A stretch of DNA of 64,000 nt from Cyanobacteriota bacterium (GTDB taxonomy: Bacteria > Cyanobacteriota > Vampirovibrionia > Vampirovibrionales > Vampirovibrionaceae): positions 65,564 through 129,563 of the forward strand of contig JAIEMW010000001.1 of the NCBI GenBank assembly GCA_019751815.1. Direction: 5' to 3'. Made by a program: the position numbers and the translations under genes. Under the pieces are notes generated by a model, which was not told the origin of the DNA, made no database searches, and worked only from the letters and a program-made list of their open reading frames with translations. Positions 52,915 through 62,751 of this stretch are shown here, in pieces (the first letter of the stretch is position 1; the number at the start of each line of letters is the position of its first letter).

Positions 52915-53589
52915 ATGCAACTGAGCGATTGGCGAAAAATTCAAATTATCTTGATCACCTTCTTTGTGGTGGCCTTATTGGCAGCAAACTGTTTGGGCTC
53001 AATGATACTAGAGGTCTCACTATTTGGCTGGATACTAAGGGTATCTGCTGGTGTATACCCTTTTGCGGTGACGTTTATCATTACTGATTGGGTGAATGAG
53101 TTTTACGGGCGCAAAGCGGCGGAGTGGATGACTTGGTTGGGATTTGGTTTTAGTCTGCTTTTACTGGGCTTATTTGCCTTGATTTCTTGCTTACCTGTGA
53201 TGCCAGATTCACCCCTGCCACTGGCCACAGTTCTTCAATCGGGGCAGTTGTTTTCGCATATGTTACTGGCGTCGATGACGGCGTATTTGGTCGGACAATT
53301 GTTGGATATTGGGGTGTTCCAGAAAATACGCCAGATGACAAAAAAACGGTATTTTTGGCTCCGGGCAACGGCTTCTACTGTTCTGTCTCAGGCGATAGAT
53401 ACGGTAATCGTAATCGGCATTGCCTTCTGGGGGGTGTATTCGCTCACAGAGTTTTGGCAACTGGTTTTGGGCAACTATATTTGGAAGCTGTGCTTTGTGT
53501 TTGGGGTGAGTCCACTGCTCAGCCTCGGTCATCATTGGCTCAAAACGGAAAGCAAAGCATTATTTGCCGAAGACGCGATGGGCATTTAA
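52915..53589 (+). CDS. queuosine precursor transporter (YhhQ/VUT family)
   Basis: FAVTFIITDWVNEFYG, ASMTAYLVGQLLDI, WLRA.AST.LSQAIDT. Confidence 0.9.
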   Translation: MQLSDWRKIQIILITFFVVALLAANCLGSMILEVSLFGWILRVSAGVYPFAVTFIITDWVNEFYGRKAAEWMTWLGFGFSLLLLGLFALISCLPVMPDSPLPLATVLQSGQLFSHMLLASMTAYLVGQLLDIGVFQKIRQMTKKRYFWLRATASTVLSQAIDTVIVIGIAFWGVYSLTEFWQLVLGNYIWKLCFVFGVSPLLSLGHHWLKTESKALFAEDAMGI

Positions 53590-53646
53590 AAAAACCGAGC
53601 GCTTGTGTTGTCTCTCATTTTTTGTTGACATGAGAAACATCAAGTC

Positions 53647-54708
53647 GTGATGTATGCAAGAGAGACCCCGACCACCGTGGACTTTTCCAGCGCCTGGGTT
53701 TTGTTTATCGCCGTCGTATTGTTGGCGTGGGCTTTTGACTTTCTGAATGGATTCCATGATGCAGCCAATGCGATTGCAACGATTGTTTCCACCAAAGTAT
53801 TGACTCCAACTCAGGCTGTTATTTTTGGGTCGCTCTTTGAGTTTGCCGGAGCGCTTTCGGGAACGGCGGTTGCTTCAACCATTGGTAAGGGCATTATCGA
53901 ATCCACCCAGATGACGATGGATATCATCCTCTGCGCCCTAATTTCAGCGATTTTATGGAATCTTATTACCTGGTATAAAGGTCTGCCGTCCAGCTCTTCG
54001 CACGGGCTCATCGGGGCTTTGGTTGGTGCTACTGTGTTTAGCAGTATCAATGGGGTTGGCTATGTTCACTGGCAGAAGTTGGTGGAAAAAGTGATTATGC
54101 CCATGGTAATTTACCCGGTGATTGGGCTGACTTTTGGTTTTTTGTTTATGACAGTGCTTACATGGCTGGTGTATAAACAGCCTGTTTATAGGATTCACAG
54201 TGTATTTGGGAAGTTACAATTGGTATCTGCAGCTGCAATGGCTTGCGCTCACGGCAATAACGATGCCCAAAAATCCATGGGTATTATCACGTTGGGGCTC
54301 ATGACATTGACCCCTGCGGCTCATCAGGTGTTTCATGTGCCCATGTGGGTGATGGTGTCTTGTGCCTTCTTTATTGCCATGGGAACGTTGTCTGGTGGAT
54401 GGCGGATTATCCGAACGCTGGGCAGTAAGATGATTAAACTGCAACCGGTTCATGGGTTTGCCGCAGAAACCACAGCGGCAAGCGTGATTTTGACCGCCTC
54501 TCATTATGGAATCCCCGTGAGTACCACGCATCTTATTTCGAGCGCGATTATGGGAGTAGGTGCCACTCGCAGACTTTCTGCCGTAAAGTGGACGGTGGTT
54601 GTTAATATTCTGATGGCCTGGGGGTTGACCATTCCGATTACCTTTGCGGTGTCTGGGTTACTCACCTTCTGCTACCGGCATTTGGCCAACCTCATGTCCC
54701 AGTTTTAA
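53647..54708 (+). CDS. PiT-family inorganic phosphate transporter
   Basis: NGFHDAANAIAT, GLPSSSSH, HGNNDAQKSMG, PVSTTH. Confidence 0.95.
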   Translation: MMYARETPTTVDFSSAWVLFIAVVLLAWAFDFLNGFHDAANAIATIVSTKVLTPTQAVIFGSLFEFAGALSGTAVASTIGKGIIESTQMTMDIILCALISAILWNLITWYKGLPSSSSHGLIGALVGATVFSSINGVGYVHWQKLVEKVIMPMVIYPVIGLTFGFLFMTVLTWLVYKQPVYRIHSVFGKLQLVSAAAMACAHGNNDAQKSMGIITLGLMTLTPAAHQVFHVPMWVMVSCAFFIAMGTLSGGWRIIRTLGSKMIKLQPVHGFAAETTAASVILTASHYGIPVSTTHLISSAIMGVGATRRLSAVKWTVVVNILMAWGLTIPITFAVSGLLTFCYRHLANLMSQF

Positions 54709-54770
54709 GTTATGCTATTTAAAGGGAAGAGAGCCCTCTAAAAACAGAGCAAATCGAATGAGGTTGGCTT

Positions 54771-55448
54771 ATGCCGTTTGGCACCATACTATTATCGCTA
54801 CATTTTATTGTTGACTGGGTGAACGGGCTACTGGTCTGGTTATTAGCCATTGTGCACGGGACAATTGATTCGTTGGGTTATCTGGGTATCGTCTTGCTGA
54901 TGGCCATTGAGTCTGCCAATGTACCTTTGCCGAGTGAAATGATTTTGCCGTATGCCGGTTATATGGTCCAACAGGGACAACTCAATTTCCATCTGGCGGC
55001 ACTCGCTGGGGCAGTTGGCTGTGTGGTGGGATCACTCCCTTCCTATTGGCTTGGCCTGATGGGGGGGCGAAAATTTTTAAGCCGTTACGGGAAATGGTTT
55101 TTGCTTACCGAGCATGATCTGGTGACCGCAGAACGGTGGACTGAGAAATACGGGGACTGGGCTTTTTTCCTCTGTAGAATGCTACCTGTGGTCCGAACGT
55201 TTATTTCATTGCCCGCTGGTATCTTAAAGGCCCGCTTTTGGCCTTTTGTGATCTTTACCTTTGTGGGGTCCTGGGTGTGGAGCTATGCCCTGGTGTATGT
55301 GGGCGTCGTTTTGGGTGAGAATTTAGAGGCGTTTCGACATATCTGGCATAAGTTTGATTACGCCATTATCGGAGTCTTACTGATTTTGGGTGTGTTGTAT
55401 GTGTGGAAACATGTAAAACACTTACGAGCAGAGGTACCGGGACAATGA
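54771..55448 (+). CDS. DedA-family membrane protein
   Basis: MAIESANVPLPSEMILPYAG, RMLPVVRTFISLPAG. Confidence 0.93.
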   Translation: MPFGTILLSLHFIVDWVNGLLVWLLAIVHGTIDSLGYLGIVLLMAIESANVPLPSEMILPYAGYMVQQGQLNFHLAALAGAVGCVVGSLPSYWLGLMGGRKFLSRYGKWFLLTEHDLVTAERWTEKYGDWAFFLCRMLPVVRTFISLPAGILKARFWPFVIFTFVGSWVWSYALVYVGVVLGENLEAFRHIWHKFDYAIIGVLLILGVLYVWKHVKHLRAEVPGQ

Positions 55449-56944
55449 GCGAACAAGATCAATCTAATATCGTTGAACGACGCCAAGGCGGCTCAGGTTC
55501 AGCCCAAACCCAGGGCGAACTCAATCAAAGCTTAGGCCTGTTTTCTGCTCTTACTGTTGTGGCCGGCTCTATGGTAGGTTCTGGGATTTTTATTGTTTCT
55601 GCTGAAACCGTACACTATGTCGGTACCGGTGGGATGCTGATGGCTGTTTGGATTTTTAGTGCGGTTTTAACCCTTTTGGGAGCTGCGTCTTATGCCAAAT
55701 TTGCAGGGCACCTGCCCCGGGCAGGCGGACAGTATGTCTTCTTGAAAGAAGCCTGGGGAGAAATTCCTGCTTTTCTGTACGGTTGGGTGCTTTTTACGGT
55801 TATTCAAACTGGGTTTTTGGCAGCGGTGGCTGTTGCTTTTGCCCGCTATGTCGGAGTCCTTACCCCTGAAATTAATACGCGCTATTTTGTGCAACTCTCT
55901 CCCCAGTTTGGGATTTCCTCAGAGCAGATGCTGGCGGTGGTGGTTTTGATTGTTCTGACCTGGTTCAATACGACAGGGATTAAGAACGGGGCTGCTTTGC
56001 AGAATGTGTTTACTACCCTAAAAGTCATCGCACTTTTGGCGGTGATACTGATTGGCCTGAGCTTTGGTGTACATTTATTTACCCCCGGGGCAATTGACTG
56101 GAGTTTGCACATCCCACAGCAAACCTTACTGGCCAATGATTTAGGGCATGAGAGTATGATGGCTATTTTTGCCACAGCCGCGGTTGGTCCCCTGTTTTCT
56201 GCTGATGCTTGGAATTATGTGACATTTATTGGTGGGGAAGTACGCGATGCCAAGGTGAATCTTCCCAAGGCGCTCATTATGGGAACTGTGCTGGTCTTGG
56301 TTTTGTATCTGTTGGTGAATCTGGCCTATTTAAATGTCTTGACTCTTGATGAAATCCAGACAGCACCTGAACAACGAGTAGCAGCGGCACTGATGAGCCG
56401 TGTATTTGGACCACACGGGGCCAGTTTAATGGCCATGGTTATCTTGGTTTCTGCCTTTGGTTGCCTTAACGGGATGTTATTTTCTGGTGCCCGGGTGTTT
56501 TACGCAATGGCAAAGGACAGGCTGCTCTTTCGGCGCTTTGCAGAAGTAGACCCGCTCACCAAAAGCCCGAATTTTGCCCTGTGGGTGCAGTGTGCTTGGT
56601 CCGTTATTTTGGCGCTGAGCGGAAGATACAGCGATCTTCTCGCCTATGTTGTGTTTACGTCTCTGCTGTTTTACATCATCACCATGGCAGGGTTGATCAA
56701 GCTGGGTCTGCAACACCCTGAGGAATATCAGATGACGCGTAAGCGTGACTTTGCGCTGCCGGTTGCCTATATTGCCGGCGCGGGTTTTATCGCGCTTTAT
56801 TTGCTGATTGGGGGCGATAAATGGTTTACCAGCTTGGCCGGTGTGCTGTTTACGCTGTTGGGCTTAATTGTTTACTTTGGCTGGAAAAAATTGGTGCCGG
56901 CCCAGTATCAAGAAACTTGGACGGACCGGCGCAACGCTTCTTAA
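55445..56944 (+). CDS. APC-family amino acid permease
   Basis: GSMVGSGIF, P.AGGQYVFL, FSADAWN..TF..GEV; about 12 TM helices. Confidence 0.93.
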   Translation: MSEQDQSNIVERRQGGSGSAQTQGELNQSLGLFSALTVVAGSMVGSGIFIVSAETVHYVGTGGMLMAVWIFSAVLTLLGAASYAKFAGHLPRAGGQYVFLKEAWGEIPAFLYGWVLFTVIQTGFLAAVAVAFARYVGVLTPEINTRYFVQLSPQFGISSEQMLAVVVLIVLTWFNTTGIKNGAALQNVFTTLKVIALLAVILIGLSFGVHLFTPGAIDWSLHIPQQTLLANDLGHESMMAIFATAAVGPLFSADAWNYVTFIGGEVRDAKVNLPKALIMGTVLVLVLYLLVNLAYLNVLTLDEIQTAPEQRVAAALMSRVFGPHGASLMAMVILVSAFGCLNGMLFSGARVFYAMAKDRLLFRRFAEVDPLTKSPNFALWVQCAWSVILALSGRYSDLLAYVVFTSLLFYIITMAGLIKLGLQHPEEYQMTRKRDFALPVAYIAGAGFIALYLLIGGDKWFTSLAGVLFTLLGLIVYFGWKKLVPAQYQETWTDRRNAS

Positions 56945-56964
56945 GCGGGGCGGTTGTCTTAATT

Positions 56965-58023
56965 CTACTTGGCTTTCGTCACCAGGTCTCTGAGTGTCAT
57001 ATGGAGTGCATCTAGTTCAGTGGCAACCTGATCTGGAGAGTAACCGAGATTACTACCGACATTTTGTCGCTTGCTGGGGTCCGTTGCCAGCGTCAGCAGA
57101 TGATCGTATATCGGCTTCAATTCCCGGATAAGATTTTCAGGATAATTTGGATACAGCGCGAGCTGGCGTTGAACCCAGTTTTTGAGAACTTTCTGAGAGG
57201 GGTCGCCCAATGTTAAGAAAACCGGTTTTGGGTAAGGCCCTCGGTCCGAGTACGGGACTGTGTAGTACAGTTTCAGGATGCTCAGGAGCGCGCTGTTGTC
57301 ATCTAGAGATACTTGGCTTGCATTAGAGGAAATTGGCTTTGTCAGGAGTGCTCTTGCCACAGAATCTACCAGCCCTCTGGCTTTTGTGCGGGCAGTTTCC
57401 CCTTCAGGGGTTTCCTCTTGGCCAATGGAGTCTGCCAGCATGGAGGCGATTCGGATTTTACCGCGAGCGCTTTGCCCCTCTGAACTGGCGAGCATTTGCT
57501 CGAGAATGGCATTGGCTTTTGCAATATCGCGGGCAACCCCATCAGAACCTTTGGCATACACACTAAATATGCCAGATAAACTGATTTGATGCTTTAGTAG
57601 CCGAGCATACAGCGCTTCGGCCTTGCCAGGATTGGGCGCGATGCCAACACTGGGCTTTCCTTTGGCATACTCTCTGGCAATCACAAAACTGGCTCCAACA
57701 CCATTGCCGTGAGGATCTTCAATCTCCAGAGCAATGGCCCGTTCAAAAAACTCATCTGCAACGGATTCATTTCCTTGAGCAAAGGCAGCGAGGCCATGCT
57801 CAAAAGCGCTTCGGATAGTCTTTAACTGCGCCGCTTGCCTTATCGCGCCTTCAACGGCAGACAAGCTTTTGCCTGGTGATTTTGCAGAAGAAACGGCCGT
57901 GGGTGCTTCACTGGGGTCAGCGGGATCTCGCATCCCAAATTGGACCTTGTTTAATGGGACTTGTTTTTTAAGAATACCGGCGACTGCCATGGGAGAGAAA
58001 CGTTGCTGGGGAGCAATGGTCAT
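56965..58023 (-). CDS. hypothetical protein with two Sel1-like repeats
   Basis: IAREYAKG...GIAPNPGKAEALY and YAKGSDGVARDIAKANAIL; AAGGA RBS; no Sec signal. Confidence 0.55.
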   Translation of the reverse strand: MTIAPQQRFSPMAVAGILKKQVPLNKVQFGMRDPADPSEAPTAVSSAKSPGKSLSAVEGAIRQAAQLKTIRSAFEHGLAAFAQGNESVADEFFERAIALEIEDPHGNGVGASFVIAREYAKGKPSVGIAPNPGKAEALYARLLKHQISLSGIFSVYAKGSDGVARDIAKANAILEQMLASSEGQSARGKIRIASMLADSIGQEETPEGETARTKARGLVDSVARALLTKPISSNASQVSLDDNSALLSILKLYYTVPYSDRGPYPKPVFLTLGDPSQKVLKNWVQRQLALYPNYPENLIRELKPIYDHLLTLATDPSKRQNVGSNLGYSPDQVATELDALHMTLRDLVTKAK

Positions 58024-58267
58024 CGGAAATGATCCTTATCAAAGTGGGGGATAAAATTGGGGGAGACACTCAAACACAAATGCAAACACAAATGGACGTA
58101 TTGGACAGTCTTTAAAGCCCAGTGAAGAAGATTTGATGCTAGTAATCCGGAAATTTATATCAGTTTTGTCACATTCACGTCGACTTTGTCGAAGGCAAGC
58201 GCTTGTCACAGGGCTTGGCTTCGGTTAGCCTGTTACATAATGAAATATTAACCGTGCAGAGCCTGTC

Positions 58268-59605
58268 ATGACTTACTTTACTGCGGATGTCATTTATTCC
58301 CCTGAAGGGCCCCTTCAAGACCACTATATCTCGGTGGACAATGGGGTTATTCAGCAAGTGGCCCCATTAAACACCTTAGAACCACGTGCTTTTAGGGACA
58401 TGATCGCCTTTGAGGACGCATTGATAGTCCCAGGCTTTGTCAACACGCACAATCATTCGTTTCAATCCCTGCTTAAAGGCATTGCCGATGATGCTGCCTT
58501 CTTTGACTGGCGTGACCGTGCCTTATACCGATACGGGGCCAAGTTGACACGTGATGAAATCTACTGGGGTGCTTTGTTTGCCTTTTCAGAAATGCTGAAA
58601 AACGGGATTACCACGGTTTGCGATTTTTTCTATCTCAACGATCAGGCCAATGAGAATGCCCGTGCGGTCATTCAGGCAGCAAAAGACCTGGGGATTCGAC
58701 TGACGCTGGCGCGGACGTTTTACGATTGGGATGGGGCGCCGAAACGCTTTCAAGAAAACGTGGATCAAGCAGTAAACAATACAGAAATGCTGATGCGCGA
58801 ATTTGAAGCCGATCAGCTTATCTCTGTGTTTCCTGCCCCACATAGTTTACATGGGGCGAGTTTGGCTATGATTCAAGCCGGAAAAGAGCTAGCCGATTCT
58901 TGGAATGCGCCTTATCATATGCACATAGCTGAAGGTCGCTACGAACGCGAGATGATCATAGAAAAAACGGGGCTCAGTCCTATTCAATATCTCCATCAAC
59001 AAGGCTTACTGGCTGCTAACCTGGTCGGTATCCACTGTGTCTGGTTGGACGATAGAGATATCGAGCTGATGGCCGGTTCCGGCATGGGGGTTTGCTATAA
59101 CCCTTCTAGCAATATGTTTTTGGGAGACGGGGTGACCCGTATCTCTGATTTAATCAAAGCAGGTGTTTCTATCTCTTTGGGAACGGATGGTGGCTGTAGC
59201 AACAACAGGGCTTCCATTGTTGAAGAGATGCGAATGACCAGCCTGCTCCAAAAAGTGACCCACTGTGATGCCACGGTAATTTCTGCTGAAGATGTCTTTA
59301 AGATGGGGACAGTTACAGGAGGGTCGCACCTGGGAAGACCCATTGGCGCCATTGCCAAAGGGTATGCGGCGGATTTGACCGTGATCGATCTCGATGATCT
59401 CTCGATGCAGCCACGGGCCTTCTTCCAGAAAAATATGGTTTACGCGATGCAGCCTTCCGCAGTTCAGGCTGTGATTGTGAACGGCAGCAAAGTGTTTGAG
59501 CGTGGGGAACTCTTGGGCGCCATTACCGAGGGCCATATTGTCGAAAAAATTCAGACAATCACTGGCAACTGGGAAGCTGTTCCCAGTAAAGTGGCGTTAA
59601 AATAA
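58268..59605 (+). CDS. amidohydrolase (MtaD/AtzA-like nucleoside or purine deaminase)
   Basis: PGFVNTHNH, GITT, HMHIAE, HCVWL, SNMFLGDG, LGTDG. Confidence 0.9.
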   Translation: MTYFTADVIYSPEGPLQDHYISVDNGVIQQVAPLNTLEPRAFRDMIAFEDALIVPGFVNTHNHSFQSLLKGIADDAAFFDWRDRALYRYGAKLTRDEIYWGALFAFSEMLKNGITTVCDFFYLNDQANENARAVIQAAKDLGIRLTLARTFYDWDGAPKRFQENVDQAVNNTEMLMREFEADQLISVFPAPHSLHGASLAMIQAGKELADSWNAPYHMHIAEGRYEREMIIEKTGLSPIQYLHQQGLLAANLVGIHCVWLDDRDIELMAGSGMGVCYNPSSNMFLGDGVTRISDLIKAGVSISLGTDGGCSNNRASIVEEMRMTSLLQKVTHCDATVISAEDVFKMGTVTGGSHLGRPIGAIAKGYAADLTVIDLDDLSMQPRAFFQKNMVYAMQPSAVQAVIVNGSKVFERGELLGAITEGHIVEKIQTITGNWEAVPSKVALK

Positions 59606-59618
59606 GCCTTTTTGCAAT

Positions 59619-59664
59619 AAAAAAAGACCGTCCACCTTCTATACAGAAGGCGTCGGTCTTTTTT
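59619..59664. terminator. bidirectional terminator between convergent genes
   Basis: AAAAAAGACCG..CCTTCT-atac-AGAAGG..CGGTCTTTTTT. Confidence 0.75.
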
Positions 59665-59689
59665 CAGCATGTTTGATCGACTCTCAGCG

Positions 59690-60781
59690 TTACACGCTAT
59701 TCGGGTAGAGGGCACCGTCTTGTTCGGATAATTCTGCCCGGTTGAGGGTGATATCACTCGTGCTTAAAGACACTTTGTTGGTGAGGCCCGCATCGTCCAG
59801 TAGTGTTGCGAGATCGGCTTTGTCGCTCAAGGAGGCTACTTGAGAGTTGATGCTGGTAACATCGGCGTCAATGGGTCGAATGGTATTGCGACCAGGGACT
59901 TTATATCCCAAGAGCTCCAGAAGTTTCTTCATATAGGTTTTATTCGCCCCAGTGTTGCTGGTGTAGCCTTTGTTTAAAGTGCTTAGCGAGAATAAACGAA
60001 GCCGAACTGAATTGGGGTCCGTATTTTTGCTTTGGCGTCCAAAAAATAAGGTCATCTCTTCAACCGGCTTGTTGTCTTTAAACAAACCCTTTTGCGCAAT
60101 GGTGTCTGCCAGGGTCTGACGCGCTGCGGGTTTTAGATCAGTAATTAACTTGTTGGTGAAGACATCTTCAGGTTCAATCACGTTGGACTGAACCAAATCG
60201 CGAATGATGGGCACCAATTGCCCCGTCAATGTGGAGCGGCCGCGTGTCAGCAAGTATTGCAGGCCGTCCGTTAGTCCCGCTTTGCTAATGGATTTATCGG
60301 CCAAGGCATCTTTAATGGTATCAACAGCAGATTTATCGGTATCACCTGAGATGATCTGGCGAATCAAATCTGTTGCCGCTTTGCGAGGGGCTGTGGAATC
60401 AATGGGTGGGGTCGACGGGTCGCAGTTGGGGTCGATGGGGAAGGGAAACGGGGAGTAATACCCGGGGTTCCAATCATTCCAGCCAGTGCCGGGGAAGCCC
60501 CCGCCAGGGAAACCGCCGCCACCGGGAAATCCAGGAAACTGATTTTGAGGAAACAAGGGCTGGCCAGGGGGAAGGGTTCTCACATTCGATTGCACCAACT
60601 GGACGATGAGAGACATAAACATCATCATCATCATCTGGGTTTGATCCGACCCATTGTTGTTATTGTTGTTGCTACCAACAGTGCCGCCGAGTGTTCCATT
60701 TTGGGACTGGCGCAGAATATCTTGAGTGGCCTTATAGTGTCCTCCCAAGATCTGGTTGTAATAGTTGGCATTAAAACTCAT
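59690..60781 (-). CDS. hypothetical protein with low-complexity N-terminus (poly-N, poly-M, FPGGG repeats) and helical C-terminal domain
   Basis: 363-aa ORF with GGAGG RBS, upstream promoter and downstream terminator; no recognisable family. Confidence 0.75.
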   Translation of the reverse strand: MSFNANYYNQILGGHYKATQDILRQSQNGTLGGTVGSNNNNNNGSDQTQMMMMMFMSLIVQLVQSNVRTLPPGQPLFPQNQFPGFPGGGGFPGGGFPGTGWNDWNPGYYSPFPFPIDPNCDPSTPPIDSTAPRKAATDLIRQIISGDTDKSAVDTIKDALADKSISKAGLTDGLQYLLTRGRSTLTGQLVPIIRDLVQSNVIEPEDVFTNKLITDLKPAARQTLADTIAQKGLFKDNKPVEEMTLFFGRQSKNTDPNSVRLRLFSLSTLNKGYTSNTGANKTYMKKLLELLGYKVPGRNTIRPIDADVTSINSQVASLSDKADLATLLDDAGLTNKVSLSTSDITLNRAELSEQDGALYPNSV

Positions 60782-60846
60782 AGTATGTGATACCCTCCGG
60801 CTGTTTGCTCGAAATAGCTCTCGCTCTCTAACCTGAATATGAGAAC

Positions 60847-60873
60847 GTATCGACCAGGGGGGGGGATACTTTG
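60847..60873 (-). promoter_or_regulatory. putative sigma28 (FliA/SigD) promoter with a C9 tract in the spacer
   Basis: CAAAGTAT-CCCCCCCCCTG(11)-GTCGATAC versus TAAAGTTT-N11-GCCGATAA. Confidence 0.6.
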
Positions 60874-60906
60874 GGAGGCGTCAAACTTATTACAAAAACG
60901 TTACGT

Positions 60907-62139
60907 TTAGGTTTGTTTTGCAGCTCCACGCTTCAGCCGGGTGTGATAATGCTGCCAGCTGGCGAAGAGGTCTTCCCAGCAATCGGCGCCAAATTTTTCC
61001 AGAACGGCGTTGGCCAAAACCCAGGCCGTCATCGCTTCTGCCACCACCCCGCAGGCAGGCACTGCGGTGACATCCGATCGTTCAAAATGACCAGGCTCTG
61101 GTGCCATGGTCTCCAAATTCACACTGTCCAAAGGCACGCGCAAAGTAGATAGTGGCTTCATTTCCAGTTGAAGGAGTATCGGCATCCCATTACTCATTCC
61201 GCCTTCAATGCCTCCAGCATGGTTACTGCGCCTGGTTATTGCTAAATCATCGGGGTTAACGTCTATGGCATCTTGATACTGACTTCCCTGGGTGCTCACT
61301 GGCGAGGTTCCGTCGCCCAGAGTAACGTTTTTCACCGCATGGATACTTATCAACGCTTGTGCCAATTGACCGTCCAGACGTTTATCCCACTGGGTGTAAC
61401 TGCCCAGCCCGGGAGGCACGCCAATCGCAAGCACCTCAATACGTCCGCCAAGGGTGTCACCGGCTTTGTGGACGGTGTCAATATAGGCAATCACCTCTTG
61501 GGTCTCTGCACTGTCCCAGAGACTGCGCAGGGGGTTTGCATCGCTTTGTGCGACAAAATCTTGCCACTGAAGTTCTTGCCAATTATGTTTTGACGCCTGA
61601 GCTGCTTTTCCCGTAAAACTGCCCATTTGTATCACGTGGCTGTGAATACGAATCCCCAAAGGCGTCAGTAGACATTGAGCCAAAGCACCGGCTGCCACAC
61701 GGGCGGCAGTTTCTCTGGCACTGGCCCGCTCAAGCACATCGCGTAAATCCCGGTGGTTATATTTCCAGTATCCGGCCAAATCGGCATGGCCAGGACGTGG
61801 TCGGCTGTAGGACTTGCTGTCTGTGGCCGCTTTGGCCGCACTAGAGTCAGGCAAACTTTCGATCGGCTCTGGGCTCATCACGCCTTCCCAGGCCGGGAAA
61901 TCTTTATTTTCAATCCAGAGAGTAATCGGCGCCCCCGTGCTCAGCCCATGACGAACACCAGACAGAATAGAGACGGTGTCTTTCTCAATTTTCATGCGAG
62001 GGCCGCGTCCGTAGCCCAGTTGTCTGCGGGCCAGGTGATTATTAATCGCTTCTGCCAGCACCGCAATACCAGCAGGAAAACCGTCCACAATGACGGTAAG
62101 CCCTTTGCCGTGGGATTCTCCCCCCGTTAAAAAACGCAT
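60907..62139 (-). CDS. aroC: chorismate synthase
   Basis: MRFLTGGESHG, RRQLGYGRG.RM, RPGHAD, ERASARET, AGGIEGGMSNG, ERSD. Confidence 0.97.
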   Translation of the reverse strand: MRFLTGGESHGKGLTVIVDGFPAGIAVLAEAINNHLARRQLGYGRGPRMKIEKDTVSILSGVRHGLSTGAPITLWIENKDFPAWEGVMSPEPIESLPDSSAAKAATDSKSYSRPRPGHADLAGYWKYNHRDLRDVLERASARETAARVAAGALAQCLLTPLGIRIHSHVIQMGSFTGKAAQASKHNWQELQWQDFVAQSDANPLRSLWDSAETQEVIAYIDTVHKAGDTLGGRIEVLAIGVPPGLGSYTQWDKRLDGQLAQALISIHAVKNVTLGDGTSPVSTQGSQYQDAIDVNPDDLAITRRSNHAGGIEGGMSNGMPILLQLEMKPLSTLRVPLDSVNLETMAPEPGHFERSDVTAVPACGVVAEAMTAWVLANAVLEKFGADCWEDLFASWQHYHTRLKRGAAKQT

Positions 62140-62157
62140 TACGGGGAACGAAGCCGC

Positions 62158-62352
62158 TTAACCGGCGCGACGAATTTTGTTAGCCCGAATACAGCCGGTA
62201 CAAACGCGCATCCGTTTTTCGGAACCGTTGGGCAATACCACCCGGCAGGATTGCAGGTTGGGCTGTTGGAAATAACGGTGATGCTTGTTGGAGAAGCAAA
62301 TCTTGTTGGACTTGTTACGGCGTTTACCGCAGACTTCGCAGACACTGGCCAT
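62158..62352 (-). CDS. rpmB: 50S ribosomal protein L28
   Basis: CEVCGK...N.I.FSNKH..R...PNLQ...RVCTGCIR. Confidence 0.95.
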   Translation of the reverse strand: MASVCEVCGKRRNKSNKICFSNKHHRYFQQPNLQSCRVVLPNGSEKRMRVCTGCIRANKIRRAG

Positions 62353-62540
62353 GGGTGAAAATCCTAGCTTATGACTATCATTAATGAATAGACTGATTCA
62401 TTCAGAATGGGGCCATTAAACCATTAACCCGCACGCTTGACAACATGAGCTCAGATCAAGGCGGCGAAATCCTGGAATAAAAACAAGCTGGACTAATACA
62501 GCCTAGGGGAAACTATTCTAAGCATCAAGCATTAAACATC

Positions 62541-62593
62541 AAGCGGCCCGTGGTGCTTTGCCATAACCATATGGCGCACGACACGGGCCGCTT
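62541..62593. other. 53-nt GC-rich stem-loop
   Basis: AAGCGGCCCGTG/CACGGGCCGCTT (12 bp) plus GTGC/GCAC plus GCCATA/TATGGC. Confidence 0.8.
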
Positions 62594-62604
62594 CATACAA
62601 GACG

Positions 62605-62751
62605 TTAACCGAAAAAACTAAAAAATGCTGGGTGCTCGACTCCTTTCTCACTCTTCATTACTTTTCTCTCAAACTTAATTTCAGTCAGTGATTGTGCGGG
62701 CCTCCTTTCTATTCTGAGTTGTGGGTCAGGAATAGTGTGTGTGAGACTCAT
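62605..62751 (-). CDS. possible 48-aa small protein
   Basis: MSLTHTIPDPQLRIERRPAQSLTEIKFERKVMKSEKGVEHPAFFSFFG; below the ORF-track cutoff; followed by the stem-loop. Confidence 0.3.
   Translation of the reverse strand: MSLTHTIPDPQLRIERRPAQSLTEIKFERKVMKSEKGVEHPAFFSFFG

Noticed and set aside
54721-54750. preQ1-riboswitch-like AGGG...CCCTCTAAAAAC
   Set aside because: Lacks the conserved loop and lies before dedA, not the queuosine transporter; nothing similar is upstream of 52915.
58095-58200. sigma28 promoter for the Sel1-like gene
   Set aside because: GTCGAC and GTCCAATA words are present but no convincing -35/-10 pair.
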